A stretch of DNA of 48,107 nt from Candidatus Caldatribacteriota bacterium. Its GTDB lineage: Bacteria; Atribacterota; Phoenicimicrobiia; Phoenicimicrobiales; Phoenicimicrobiaceae. Under the pieces are notes generated by a model. That model did not search any database, had not been told where the DNA came from, and worked only from the letters and a program-made list of their open reading frames with translations. The first letter of the stretch is position 1; each line of letters starts with the position of its first letter. Below are positions 9,440 through 17,889 of the stretch, piece after piece. Where the stretch lies: contig JAYEGH010000091.1 in the NCBI GenBank assembly GCA_034659055.1, positions 1-48,107 of the forward strand, written 5' to 3'. The position numbers and the translations under genes are program-made.

Positions 9440-10665
9440 TCTAAATTCTCCTTTACTGCTTCTAAATTTGGATCTATGGTAAGTGCTTTTCCGCCTGCCT
9501 TTTTTGCGCTTTCTACATCTTTTAATCCATTTCCGGTAACTAATACAGCTATTTTATCTCTTTTAGAAATTTTTCCTTCCTGTAAACATTTTAGCATACC
9601 GGCAAAGGCGGTAGAACCTGCAGGTTCTGCAAAGATACCCTGTGCGGTACCCAAATATTTAATTGCCTTGATTATTTCTTCATCACTAACCGTAACACCA
9701 AATCCATCTAGTCCTTTTACATCTCTAACTGCCATTAAACGATTCCGGGGTATGCCCACTGAAATGCTGTCAGCGATAGTATCGGGTTCAACAAATTTTA
9801 CATTTCCGTCTCCGTTAATCGCATCTACAATCGGTTTGCATCCTTCCGCCTGAACCGCTATTACTTTGGGTAAGTGATCGATAAAACCCAGGGTTAACAT
9901 TTCTCTGTAAGCTTTAACTACTCCGGATATGATGCAACCATCTCCCACGGAAACAAATACAAAATCAGGAACCTCAAAATTCATTTGCTCAATAATTTCC
10001 AAACCAACAGTTTTTTTCCCTTCCACCATGTAAGGATTAAAGGCTGTGTTCCGGTTATACCATCCAAATTCCCTGGTTGCTTCGATAGACAAATCGAAGG
10101 CTTCATCATAGCTTCCCTTCACCGCAAAAACAGTGGAACCGAAAACCAGCAATTGAGCTATTTTAGCAATCGGTGCAGTTTGAGGAACAAAAATGTAACT
10201 CTTTAAACCTACCGAAGCAGCAGCTCCGGCCAGCGAAGAAGCGGCATTGCCCGTAGAAGCACAGGTTATAGTTTTTTCCCCTAATTCCCGAGCTTTTACA
10301 ATTGCAATGGCTGAAGGTCTGTCTTTTAGAGAAGCAGTTGGATTTCTACCGTCATCCTTGATCCACAAATTGGGTATTCCGAGATCTTCCCTAATTCTTT
10401 TTGCTTCATATAATGGTGTCCATCCTACCTTTAACGGACCTATCTTTTCCATATCATCTACAGGTAAAAGTGGCAAATATCTCCACATGGAGTACTCCCT
10501 GTTATCTTGCAAAGTTGTTTTAGTGAAATTTTTTCCGATACCGGAATAATCGTAAATAACTTCCAGGACGCCTTCATCTCCACATTTTGGACAGGTATAT
10601 CTTACCTCATCGGGTGGATATTCCGCCCCGCAGATCAAACATTTTAATTTTTTTATATTATTCAT
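9436..10665 (-). CDS. Threonine-synthase-family PLP enzyme with an N-terminal 4-Cys zinc ribbon
   Basis: Blocks CLICG...CPKCG, PLP-lysine NPTASLKDR, STGNAASS and VTGNGLKD. The ORF extends to a TTG at 10689, but the ATG at 10665 follows GGGAGG by 10 nt. Confidence 0.75.
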   Translation of the reverse strand: MNNIKKLKCLICGAEYPPDEVRYTCPKCGDEGVLEVIYDYSGIGKNFTKTTLQDNREYSMWRYLPLLPVDDMEKIGPLKVGWTPLYEAKRIREDLGIPNLWIKDDGRNPTASLKDRPSAIAIVKARELGEKTITCASTGNAASSLAGAAASVGLKSYIFVPQTAPIAKIAQLLVFGSTVFAVKGSYDEAFDLSIEATREFGWYNRNTAFNPYMVEGKKTVGLEIIEQMNFEVPDFVFVSVGDGCIISGVVKAYREMLTLGFIDHLPKVIAVQAEGCKPIVDAINGDGNVKFVEPDTIADSISVGIPRNRLMAVRDVKGLDGFGVTVSDEEIIKAIKYLGTAQGIFAEPAGSTAFAGMLKCLQEGKISKRDKIAVLVTGNGLKDVESAKKAGGKALTIDPNLEAVKENLE

Positions 10666-10765
10666 ATTTATATTTCCTCCCGGGCACAAATTATCTCCAA
10701 TCCTTTTGGAGTACTAATACGTTTAGTTTATATTAGCAAAGTATCAATAACGATTAATATTAAAG

Positions 10766-10804
10766 CAATGGGTGGGGCTCTACAACTACCCCCACCACCC
10801 ATTG
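10766..10804 (-). terminator. GC-rich stem-loop downstream of carbamate kinase (probable intrinsic terminator)
   Basis: CAATGGGTGG pairs with CCACCCATTG (10 bp), then a 1-nt bulge and 2 more GC pairs. In minus-strand sense it is followed by CTTTAATATTAAT. Lies about 100 nt after the arcC stop. Confidence 0.5.
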
Positions 10805-10900
10805 ACTTCCGGTGGCAATACTGTCCAACAGGAAAGGGATACAATTAATAGTGAGTTAATCTCCACCTTACAAATTTGTAGTTTTTATGACTATTGTAAC

Positions 10901-11851
10901 TTAGGGAAATATATGTGTTCCGGTTTCTCCTTTTAGTGCTCTTTCCAGGGATTCAGGATTTGTGACAATAGCTTCTTTTCCTCCTGCTTCCAGAAATCTT
11001 ACAATCGCCTGAATCTTGGGAAGCATGCTCCCTTTGGCAAAATGTCCTTCATTAATATATTTCTTTGCTTCTGCTACAGTTAGTTTATCCAAATCAATTT
11101 GATCCGATTTATTAAAGTTTAAACAAACTTTCTCTACTGCAGTAGAAATAACAAAAAGATCTGCTTTAATATTGATGGCCAGTAAACTTGAAGCATTATC
11201 TTTATCGATAACTGCAGCTACACCTTCGAGCATGCCATCATCATTGTAAGCTACCGGAATTCCTCCGCCTCCAACGCCGACCACGCTGAAACCATTTTTT
11301 ACCAAGGTATTGATTGCATCTTCTTCTACAATCTCTACCGGCATCGGAGAAGGAACTACTCTTCTATAGCCTCTGCCTACATCATCGATGATAACCCAAT
11401 CGGGATGTTCTTTCTGTAGTTCTTCTGCTCTTTCTTTGGAATAAAAAGTACCAATCGGTTTTGCAGGATTCTGAAATGCAGGGTCTTTTTTATCTACGAC
11501 AACCTGGGTCACAACCGTAGCAATTTGTTTCTTAATCCCCCGTTTTTTAAACTCATTGTCCATTGCCTGCTGAATTTGATATCCGATAGAACCCTGGGTA
11601 TCTGCTCCGCAACTCACCAAAGGAACATCATGCATCCCTCCGACTTCATGGGCAATTTCCGAACGTCTTAAAATAAATCCCACCTGCGGACCGTTGCCAT
11701 GAGTTACTACTACACTATAATTCTGTTCTATTAGACTGGCAATGTGTTTGGCTGTTTCACATACTGCATTATACTGGTCTTCTACAGTCTCATGCTTTTT
11801 GTCCTTAATAAGGGAATTTCCCCCAATAGCCAATACTGCTAATTTACTCAT
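10901..11851 (-). CDS. arcC: Carbamate kinase
   Basis: 316 aa. Blocks LAIGGNSL and VVTHGNGPQVG, with carbamate-kinase length and layout. Starts 3 nt after the upstream carbamoyltransferase stop. Confidence 0.9.
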   Translation of the reverse strand: MSKLAVLAIGGNSLIKDKKHETVEDQYNAVCETAKHIASLIEQNYSVVVTHGNGPQVGFILRRSEIAHEVGGMHDVPLVSCGADTQGSIGYQIQQAMDNEFKKRGIKKQIATVVTQVVVDKKDPAFQNPAKPIGTFYSKERAEELQKEHPDWVIIDDVGRGYRRVVPSPMPVEIVEEDAINTLVKNGFSVVGVGGGGIPVAYNDDGMLEGVAAVIDKDNASSLLAINIKADLFVISTAVEKVCLNFNKSDQIDLDKLTVAEAKKYINEGHFAKGSMLPKIQAIVRFLEAGGKEAIVTNPESLERALKGETGTHIFP

Positions 11852-11854
11852 TTT

Positions 11855-12865
11855 CTATCTCCATCCTTCCGCCATAGTTAAGGCCATTATAGCTTTTTGG
11901 GCATGTAATCTGTTTTCCGCGAGATCATAAACAATGGAACGGGAACCACTTGCCACTTCATCATCGACTTCATTTCCGCGATCAATAGGCATGGGATGAA
12001 TATAATAAGCATCATCTGTAAGGGCAGCAAGTTCTTTTGTATATCTCCAATCCTTATATTTTAAGGCAATTTTCTTTTCTTCTTCCTTGCCTATAGTATA
12101 TCTTAACGGACTCATCCAATTTCTGGCATATACGACTTGTGCACCTTTTACCGCTTCATGCCTATCATGGCTGATTTCAAATTTTGATCCGGAAATTTCG
12201 GCATTCTTTTTACCCTGGGCAATAACTTCGGGATCCAATTCGAAGCCTTCCGGATGAACCAGAGTAAAGTCCATCCCATAACGAGGAAGTAGAAAAATAT
12301 CTTCCTGCACAGAACTCCAGGAACGCACCATTGAAGAATAACCCCACATCATGGTTATTTTTTTACCCTTTACGTCTCCCATATGTTCCTGAAGACCCAT
12401 TAAGTCAGCAAGCCCCTGGCAGGGATGATATTTATCATGAGCCATGGATACAAGAGGGATGGATAAATATTTAGCATATTCTCTAAGCAATTCTTCTCCC
12501 TGTCCATATTCTCTTATGGCATCTTCCAATAGTCTGATCCCTAATCCTACAGCATATCTGCTCATAACATTTGCTGCATCCTCAACTGTCTCTCCTGCTT
12601 TCCCCTTCTCTTTTAATCTCATAGATTTGGGTTCAAGGAATTGAGCATGACCACCCAATTCTGTAGCTGCTGCTTCAAATGATTGCCTGGTTCTAACCGA
12701 AGGATTATAGAAAAACATTAAAAAAGTTTTATCTTTAAGAATTTCGGTATAAGGTTTTTCGTAACGGTGTTTTTTCATATCTTTTGCGAGGGCCAACACT
12801 TCATCAAGCCACTCTTTTTCCCAATCCTGGGTAGTAATCATATGTTTTTTATAAAGTTTTGTCAT
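11855..12865 (-). CDS. Non-canonical carbamoyltransferase (Asp/Orn transcarbamylase fold; CT1)
   Basis: 336 aa. Has SVRTR and HPCQ carbamoyl-phosphate motifs and an ATCase-like HPMPIDRGNEV block. The second-substrate region reads YARNW and lacks the OTC DxxxSMG motif. RBS AGGAGGAAATAA-ATG. Confidence 0.8.
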   Translation of the reverse strand: MTKLYKKHMITTQDWEKEWLDEVLALAKDMKKHRYEKPYTEILKDKTFLMFFYNPSVRTRQSFEAAATELGGHAQFLEPKSMRLKEKGKAGETVEDAANVMSRYAVGLGIRLLEDAIREYGQGEELLREYAKYLSIPLVSMAHDKYHPCQGLADLMGLQEHMGDVKGKKITMMWGYSSMVRSWSSVQEDIFLLPRYGMDFTLVHPEGFELDPEVIAQGKKNAEISGSKFEISHDRHEAVKGAQVVYARNWMSPLRYTIGKEEEKKIALKYKDWRYTKELAALTDDAYYIHPMPIDRGNEVDDEVASGSRSIVYDLAENRLHAQKAIMALTMAEGWR

Positions 12866-12893
12866 TTATTTCCTCCTATTTACTTAGTGAATG

Positions 12894-12921
12894 GTAATTC
12901 GTATCGCGTATTGCGTGAAAA
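12894..12921. repeat. Four tandem heptads (GTAATTC GTATCGC GTATTGC GTGAAAA)
   Basis: Read directly from the sequence. Lies 29-56 nt upstream of the CT1 start codon. Confidence 0.5.
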
Positions 12922-12950
12922 AATTAGGATTAAAACTTTCTTGCGCCTGT

Positions 12951-12989
12951 CATTCCCATGAAACCTGTCCTCGACCTGATCGGGGAATG
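12951..12989. repeat. Inverted repeat CATTCCC...GGGAATG with a 25-nt spacer
   Basis: 7-bp arms at 12951-12957 and 12983-12989, in the 210-bp gap between the cyclic amidohydrolase and CT1. Confidence 0.55.
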
Positions 12990-13028
12990 GGAATCTATCT
13001 TATCCTTTTTAATTCTTCTAACTTCGTT

Positions 13029-13046
13029 GGGCACGATGCGTCGTGC
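13029..13046. repeat. Small GC hairpin GCACGA-TGCG-TCGTGC, preceded by GG
   Basis: Perfect 6-bp stem with a tetraloop. The 11-mer GGGCACGATGC (13029-13039) recurs inverted at 34891-34901. Confidence 0.55.
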
Positions 13047-13075
13047 TCATACAAGGCATTACTATATTTTATTTT

Positions 13076-14455
13076 TTAAATCCCTGACTTATTCTTGACA
13101 AAATGTCCGTATCCCCTTTTGCCGACAACTCCCTCGTCTTCTCTATAAACCATCTCTCCACGGATAATAGTCATATAAATTTTTCCTTTTAGTATCTTAC
13201 CGGAAAAGGGGGAATACTTTCCTTTACTTTCCAATCTTGATGATTCCACTAACCATTCTTTATTAAGGTTTATAACCGAAAAGTCTGCATCGCTGCCTAC
13301 TCGAATTATTCCTTTTTGAGGATAAATTCCATATCTTTTCGCAGCATTTTCTGACATCAGTTTCTGAATCTCGCCCAAATTTAATCTTCCTTTATGATAT
13401 CCGTAATTAAGTATGGCCGAAACAGCTAATTGTGTACCGGGAATACCAGCATAATTTTTCCAGATATTCGAAAAAGACTTCTCTTCGGGATATTTTCCGG
13501 CAGCATGATCAGTGCAAATAAAATTAATAGAACCGTCTTTCAATCCTTCCCAAAGTCCTTCATTATCCTCTTTTTTCCGTAAAGATGGTGCAACTTTTAA
13601 TATTGCTCCCATTTTTTTAAAATCTTCAACTGTAAAAAGTAAATAGTGAGGACATGTTTCAGTGCTTATATCCATCCCATCAGCTTTTGCCCGACGAATA
13701 ATATTTAATCCTTCTCTTGTAGAAAGATGTACGATATGCAGTTTATTACCCGCTTTTCTGGTAACGCCTACTACAGACCATATTGCTTTTGGTTCTGCTT
13801 CGTATGTCCGCCCTTCACACCAGCTTTCTACATCAGTTCTTCCTTGCATCTTTATAAGATTAGAATAATAATCAACTAAAAAGTAATCCTCTGCATGCAC
13901 TGCACACACCAAGTTTAACTTTTTAAGGAATTTGAAAGCTTTATCCATTTCTGAAACCGGCATCCTGGGATAAAATTCCATTCCGGATACAGTATAAAAC
14001 TTTACTCCAACAATCCCTCTTTCTTTTAGCTCTTCTAAAGTCTTTTTATACTCTCCTGATTTTACCTGTTCAGGGGTAACTCCTCCCCAAAAAGCAAAAT
14101 CAACATATGCTTTTTCTTTTACTATATTTAATTTGCAATCAAAATTCTTACCACTGGTAACCATAGGAATAGAAGTGCAGGGCATATCAATAATTGTAGT
14201 AATACCACCAGCCGCTGCACTTCTGGTTCCGGTTTCAAAATCCTCTCTTTGAGTATATCCGGGGTCATCAAAATGAACATGAGGGTCAATAAAACCCGGA
14301 AAAACCACATTCTTCTTTATATCAATTTCTCTTTCTGCAGGAAGTAATATTTCATCTCCGGGTACAATTTTATTTATCTTACCCTTTTTAATGTCAATAC
14401 TTACTTTTTTTAATTGATTATCTACTAAAATTAAAGCATTTTTAATCCTTATCAT
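13076..14455 (-). CDS. Cyclic amidohydrolase (allantoinase/dihydroorotase/hydantoinase family)
   Basis: 459 aa. Blocks FIDPHVHFDDPG...ETGTRSAAAGGITTIIDMP, VGVKFY (carboxylated-Lys context), VHAED, HIVHLST, TCPHYL and CTDHA. The C-terminal half resembles E. coli AllB as I recall it. Confidence 0.8.
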   Translation of the reverse strand: MIRIKNALILVDNQLKKVSIDIKKGKINKIVPGDEILLPAEREIDIKKNVVFPGFIDPHVHFDDPGYTQREDFETGTRSAAAGGITTIIDMPCTSIPMVTSGKNFDCKLNIVKEKAYVDFAFWGGVTPEQVKSGEYKKTLEELKERGIVGVKFYTVSGMEFYPRMPVSEMDKAFKFLKKLNLVCAVHAEDYFLVDYYSNLIKMQGRTDVESWCEGRTYEAEPKAIWSVVGVTRKAGNKLHIVHLSTREGLNIIRRAKADGMDISTETCPHYLLFTVEDFKKMGAILKVAPSLRKKEDNEGLWEGLKDGSINFICTDHAAGKYPEEKSFSNIWKNYAGIPGTQLAVSAILNYGYHKGRLNLGEIQKLMSENAAKRYGIYPQKGIIRVGSDADFSVINLNKEWLVESSRLESKGKYSPFSGKILKGKIYMTIIRGEMVYREDEGVVGKRGYGHFVKNKSGI

Positions 14456-14492
14456 TTTTCTCCTTTTACTTCCTGTCAGATTTACAGGACCT

Positions 14493-15536
14493 TTATCTCA
14501 TCAGAAGAGTCATTATTGCCTTTTGAGCATGCAGTCTGTTCTCAGCTTCATCAAAGACCACCGAATTCGGACCATCAATTACCGAATCGGTTACTTCATA
14601 CCCTCTATCACAAGGCAGGCAATGCATATAAATTGCTTCCGGTTTAGCTAATTTTAATTTTCGGTCATCACATATCCAATCCTTATTTTTATCAAATAGG
14701 GCTTTCATCTTCTCTACATTTATTTCAGAAGTTTGCGGCGGAACACAGGTTAAGCTACCCCATGATTTAGGATATAACACATCTGCATCTTTAAAAGAAT
14801 CTTCCATAGAATCGGTTTCTTCAAATGAGCCACCGTATTTTTTAGAATTTTCTTTGATGGCATCAATCATCATGGGATCCAGTTGGAAACCCTCCGGACG
14901 GGCTAAAGTAATATTCATACCAAACTTACTGGCTGTTGACATTAAACACTGTGGAACTGCCACTGGTTTTTCCACACTTGGTGAATAAGCCCAGCTTACT
15001 ACCAATTTTTTATTACGTAAGTCACCCAATTTTTCTTTCATGGTGAGGACATCAGCCATCGACTGACAAGGGTGATATATATCGTCTTCCATATTAATTA
15101 CTGGGATATCTGCCCATTTAGCAAATTCGCGCAGATATTTATTACCATTACCATATTTCCAACCGGTCGGTTTTCCATACATTCTTATAGCAATACCATC
15201 GCCCATTCTAGCCAATACGCGAGCAACATCAGATACTCTTTCTGTAGAGTAGGCTCTCTCTTCACCTTCAGTAGCAGGAGTATATATCTTTTCTGAATCC
15301 AGATAATTGGCATGTCCGCCTAACTGAGTCATTCCAGTTTCAAAGCTGTTACGGGTTCGTAAAGATTTATTGTAAAAGATAATAAATAAAGTTTTACGGA
15401 GAAGCAGTGAGTGCTCCCGACCAGATGCATTGTCAGCCTTTAAAACAGCAGCTAACTCCAGCATACTTTCTAATTCGTCCTTGGTAAATTCCAGTGTACT
15501 TATAAAGTCACGACCTTTTAATGATTTTGTTTTCAT
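14493..15536 (-). CDS. YgeW-like non-canonical carbamoyltransferase (CT2)
   Basis: 347 aa. Has SLRTR, HPCQ and HCLP motifs. The blocks SWAYSPSVEKPVAVPQ and GGSFEETDSMEDSFKDADVLYPKSW mirror E. coli YgeW (WAYSPSYGKPLSVPQ; GGSF..TSMEEAFKDADIVYPKSW, from memory). RBS AGGAGGAATCAAA-ATG. Confidence 0.8.
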   Translation of the reverse strand: MKTKSLKGRDFISTLEFTKDELESMLELAAVLKADNASGREHSLLLRKTLFIIFYNKSLRTRNSFETGMTQLGGHANYLDSEKIYTPATEGEERAYSTERVSDVARVLARMGDGIAIRMYGKPTGWKYGNGNKYLREFAKWADIPVINMEDDIYHPCQSMADVLTMKEKLGDLRNKKLVVSWAYSPSVEKPVAVPQCLMSTASKFGMNITLARPEGFQLDPMMIDAIKENSKKYGGSFEETDSMEDSFKDADVLYPKSWGSLTCVPPQTSEINVEKMKALFDKNKDWICDDRKLKLAKPEAIYMHCLPCDRGYEVTDSVIDGPNSVVFDEAENRLHAQKAIMTLLMR

Positions 15537-15608
15537 TTTGATTCCTCCTAATAAATAATTTTTATGTTTTAGAAACTCGTTCTACGAATACTTTTACTTT
15601 TCGATTTA

Positions 15609-15617
15609 CCCTCCTTT
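15609..15617 (-). promoter_or_regulatory. Start-codon-less Shine-Dalgarno-like motif AAAGGAGGG in the CT2 leader
   Basis: Lies 74 nt upstream of the ATG at 15536. No ATG/GTG/TTG within 15 nt downstream. A TATAAT box (15629-15634, minus sense) sits 12 nt upstream, so the motif would be near the mRNA 5' end. Confidence 0.35.
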
Positions 15618-15844
15618 TCTAGTAATATATTATACTATTTAATAACTGTTCTATTATTTATATTTATATAAAATCCTATTTTATTATAACAAAATTTAAA
15701 ATAAAAATACTTTTATAAAACAATGTTAAATAGACTTTAAGGCATTATGATTATATTAATCCTATATTTTCATATTTTCAAATTTTAACAGTATTCAATT
15801 TTTTGTTGTTTTTTTTAAAATATTACATCTAAATTAAAAATTAA

Positions 15845-16768
15845 TTAAGAACGCTCCTTGATATAAGGTTTGCCTAAAAAGGCCGGAACATTAAATTTCC
15901 TTCTAGCAATGGTTGCTACAATTGTCAGAATATAGGGAAGAGCAATTAAGAATTCATTCGGAATCAGCTTAAAATTAGAAGTCAGCAAAACAACGGACAA
16001 TCCTTCGGCAAATCCAAAAATCAGAGAACCAATTAATATTCCCAGCGGATCCCAATTACCTAAAAAACAGATTGCAAAAGCAATCCATCCTCTTCCTCCA
16101 ATAATATCATTAGTATAAAGTCCTAAAAATCCTATAGAGTAGAAGGCTCCTGCTAAGCCATCCAATGCACTCGACCCAAGCACGGCAAGGAAGCGAATGC
16201 GTTCCACATTAATCCCGGCTACATCCACTGCTTCTGGATTTTCACCTGTAGAACGAATAATTAATCCTAAAGGTGTTTTAAATAAAATCCAATATCCTAC
16301 AGCAATCAGTACGACTGCCAGATAAGTCAAACTATTCTGACTAAAGAGAGCTCTTCCAATAATAGGAATATCAGATAAAAAAGGAATTGAAATATCCTTT
16401 AAAGGTTCTACGGTTAATGGTAAAAGAGGAATTCCAAATAACATTTGATAAAGAAACAATCCTAAACCCAAGGTAAGGATATTTATCGCTACTCCAGTTA
16501 CAATTTGATGTTGTTTTAATTTAATTGTGAAATAACCATAGATTGCACCACAAAAGATCCCTACCAGTATGGCAAATAAAAAACCAACCCATAGTTTTCC
16601 GGTCAAATAAGCTCCAACAAAACCTCCCCATGCACCCATAAGAAAGATTCCTTCAATAGCTATATTCATCACGCCAGTCCGCTCAGCAAATACTTCCCCT
16701 AATGCACCAAGCATCAAAGGTGTACTCATACGAATGGTAGCAACAAATAATCCAGTAATAATATTCAT
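15845..16768 (-). CDS. ABC transporter permease (BMP/nucleoside-type system)
   Basis: 307 aa, polytopic and hydrophobic. Overlaps the upstream permease gene by 4 nt, in an operon with a BMP-family binding protein. Confidence 0.85.
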   Translation of the reverse strand: MNIITGLFVATIRMSTPLMLGALGEVFAERTGVMNIAIEGIFLMGAWGGFVGAYLTGKLWVGFLFAILVGIFCGAIYGYFTIKLKQHQIVTGVAINILTLGLGLFLYQMLFGIPLLPLTVEPLKDISIPFLSDIPIIGRALFSQNSLTYLAVVLIAVGYWILFKTPLGLIIRSTGENPEAVDVAGINVERIRFLAVLGSSALDGLAGAFYSIGFLGLYTNDIIGGRGWIAFAICFLGNWDPLGILIGSLIFGFAEGLSVVLLTSNFKLIPNEFLIALPYILTIVATIARRKFNVPAFLGKPYIKERS

Positions 16769-17889
16769 AATCTATGTTCCTCTTGCTCCACAAGTTTTTT
16801 CTTGCTTCTTAAAACTATTAATTTATCTCTTATAAAATAAGATAAAATCACTGACAATATAACAAAACCCTCCATAATACCAATAATGCTAGCGGGAATT
16901 CTTGAGGTTTGAACAACTAGATTTCCGCCTACTTTTAAGGCTCCAAACAAAAGGGCAGAAATTACTATACCTAAAGGATGTGCATTTCCCAATATGGCAA
17001 TTCCTATTCCTTCAGCCCCAATCATGGGGTTAAATCCTTCAATTAACATGTGCTGCATTCCATTTATTTCTGTAAAACCTGCAATTCCGGCAAATGCCCC
17101 ACTTATAAAAAACACAATAATATAGATTTTTTCGACATTTACCCCTGCATAACGGGCTGCATCTCGATTAAATCCAACCATTCTAATTTTATATCCCAGC
17201 GATGTCTTCCATAAAATTAAATAAGCTACCAAAGCAACAAGCAAAGCAAATATAAAACCCCAATGAAGTCTCGTGTGCGGAATAAGGGATGGTAACCACC
17301 CGCTTTCCGGGATAACATCTGTCTGCGGATATTCCCCTTTGGCTTCTTTTAATAAACCTCCAAGTAGAAAATTCATCACAGCAATGGCAACATAAGTTAA
17401 CATCATGCTAACTAAAAATTCACTGGCATTAAAACGTGCTTTTACATAACCAATAAAAGCTGCCCATATACTGCCTCCCAGCAAACTCATTGTAAAACAT
17501 ATGAATAGTGCAAGCACCATGGGAAACGAACCTAATTTTAATGCAAATCCAACCGCTAATACCGCACCAATATAAAACTGCCCCTGAGCGCCAATATTGA
17601 ATAATGATGCTCGAAAAGCAAACCCAAAAGCCAATCCGGTAAGAATAAGGGGAGTCGCCTTGGCAAATATATCTGCAATATTGTATATATCGCGAAATGC
17701 GTAATTTAACATATTTGAATAAACAATTAATGGATTATGATCTAAAAGCATCATCATTATACTGCTCAACAACAGGCCAAGCAATACTGAAAATATAGGT
17801 AAAAGATTAAGTAGAATATTATTATCCTGCACTTTTACGGATAATTCGCTTTTTACAGTAATGTCTTTATTTCTATTATTTTTTTTCAT
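16765..17889 (-). CDS. ABC transporter permease (BMP/nucleoside-type system)
   Basis: 374 aa, polytopic. Overlaps the ATPase gene end by 14 nt. Confidence 0.85.
   Translation of the reverse strand: MKKNNRNKDITVKSELSVKVQDNNILLNLLPIFSVLLGLLLSSIMMMLLDHNPLIVYSNMLNYAFRDIYNIADIFAKATPLILTGLAFGFAFRASLFNIGAQGQFYIGAVLAVGFALKLGSFPMVLALFICFTMSLLGGSIWAAFIGYVKARFNASEFLVSMMLTYVAIAVMNFLLGGLLKEAKGEYPQTDVIPESGWLPSLIPHTRLHWGFIFALLVALVAYLILWKTSLGYKIRMVGFNRDAARYAGVNVEKIYIIVFFISGAFAGIAGFTEINGMQHMLIEGFNPMIGAEGIGIAILGNAHPLGIVISALLFGALKVGGNLVVQTSRIPASIIGIMEGFVILSVILSYFIRDKLIVLRSKKKLVEQEEHRL

Noticed and set aside
10690-10900. The structured 211-bp gap upstream of the ThrC-like gene as a purine, glycine or other riboswitch
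   Set aside because: I could not match any riboswitch consensus I know (purine, glycine, ZTP, guanidine). The dominant GC-rich stem followed by a T-containing tract is better explained as the arcC terminator.
13076-15536. Carbamoyltransferase plus dihydroorotase-like pair as biosynthetic pyrB-pyrC
   Set aside because: The adjacent transcarbamylase (CT2) has the OTC-type HCLP motif and a YgeW-like YPKSW block rather than ATCase residues. The set is linked to carbamate kinase and purine-catabolic genes, which favours a catabolic role. This is not fully excluded without assays.
185-15536. In-frame TGA (selenocysteine) genes, expected because related clusters are selenium-linked
   Set aside because: All catabolic ORFs are uninterrupted, and no split ORF pair is joined by a TGA. 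No SECIS-like hairpin stood out. Selenium dependence, if any, would involve a labile cofactor and genes outside this window.
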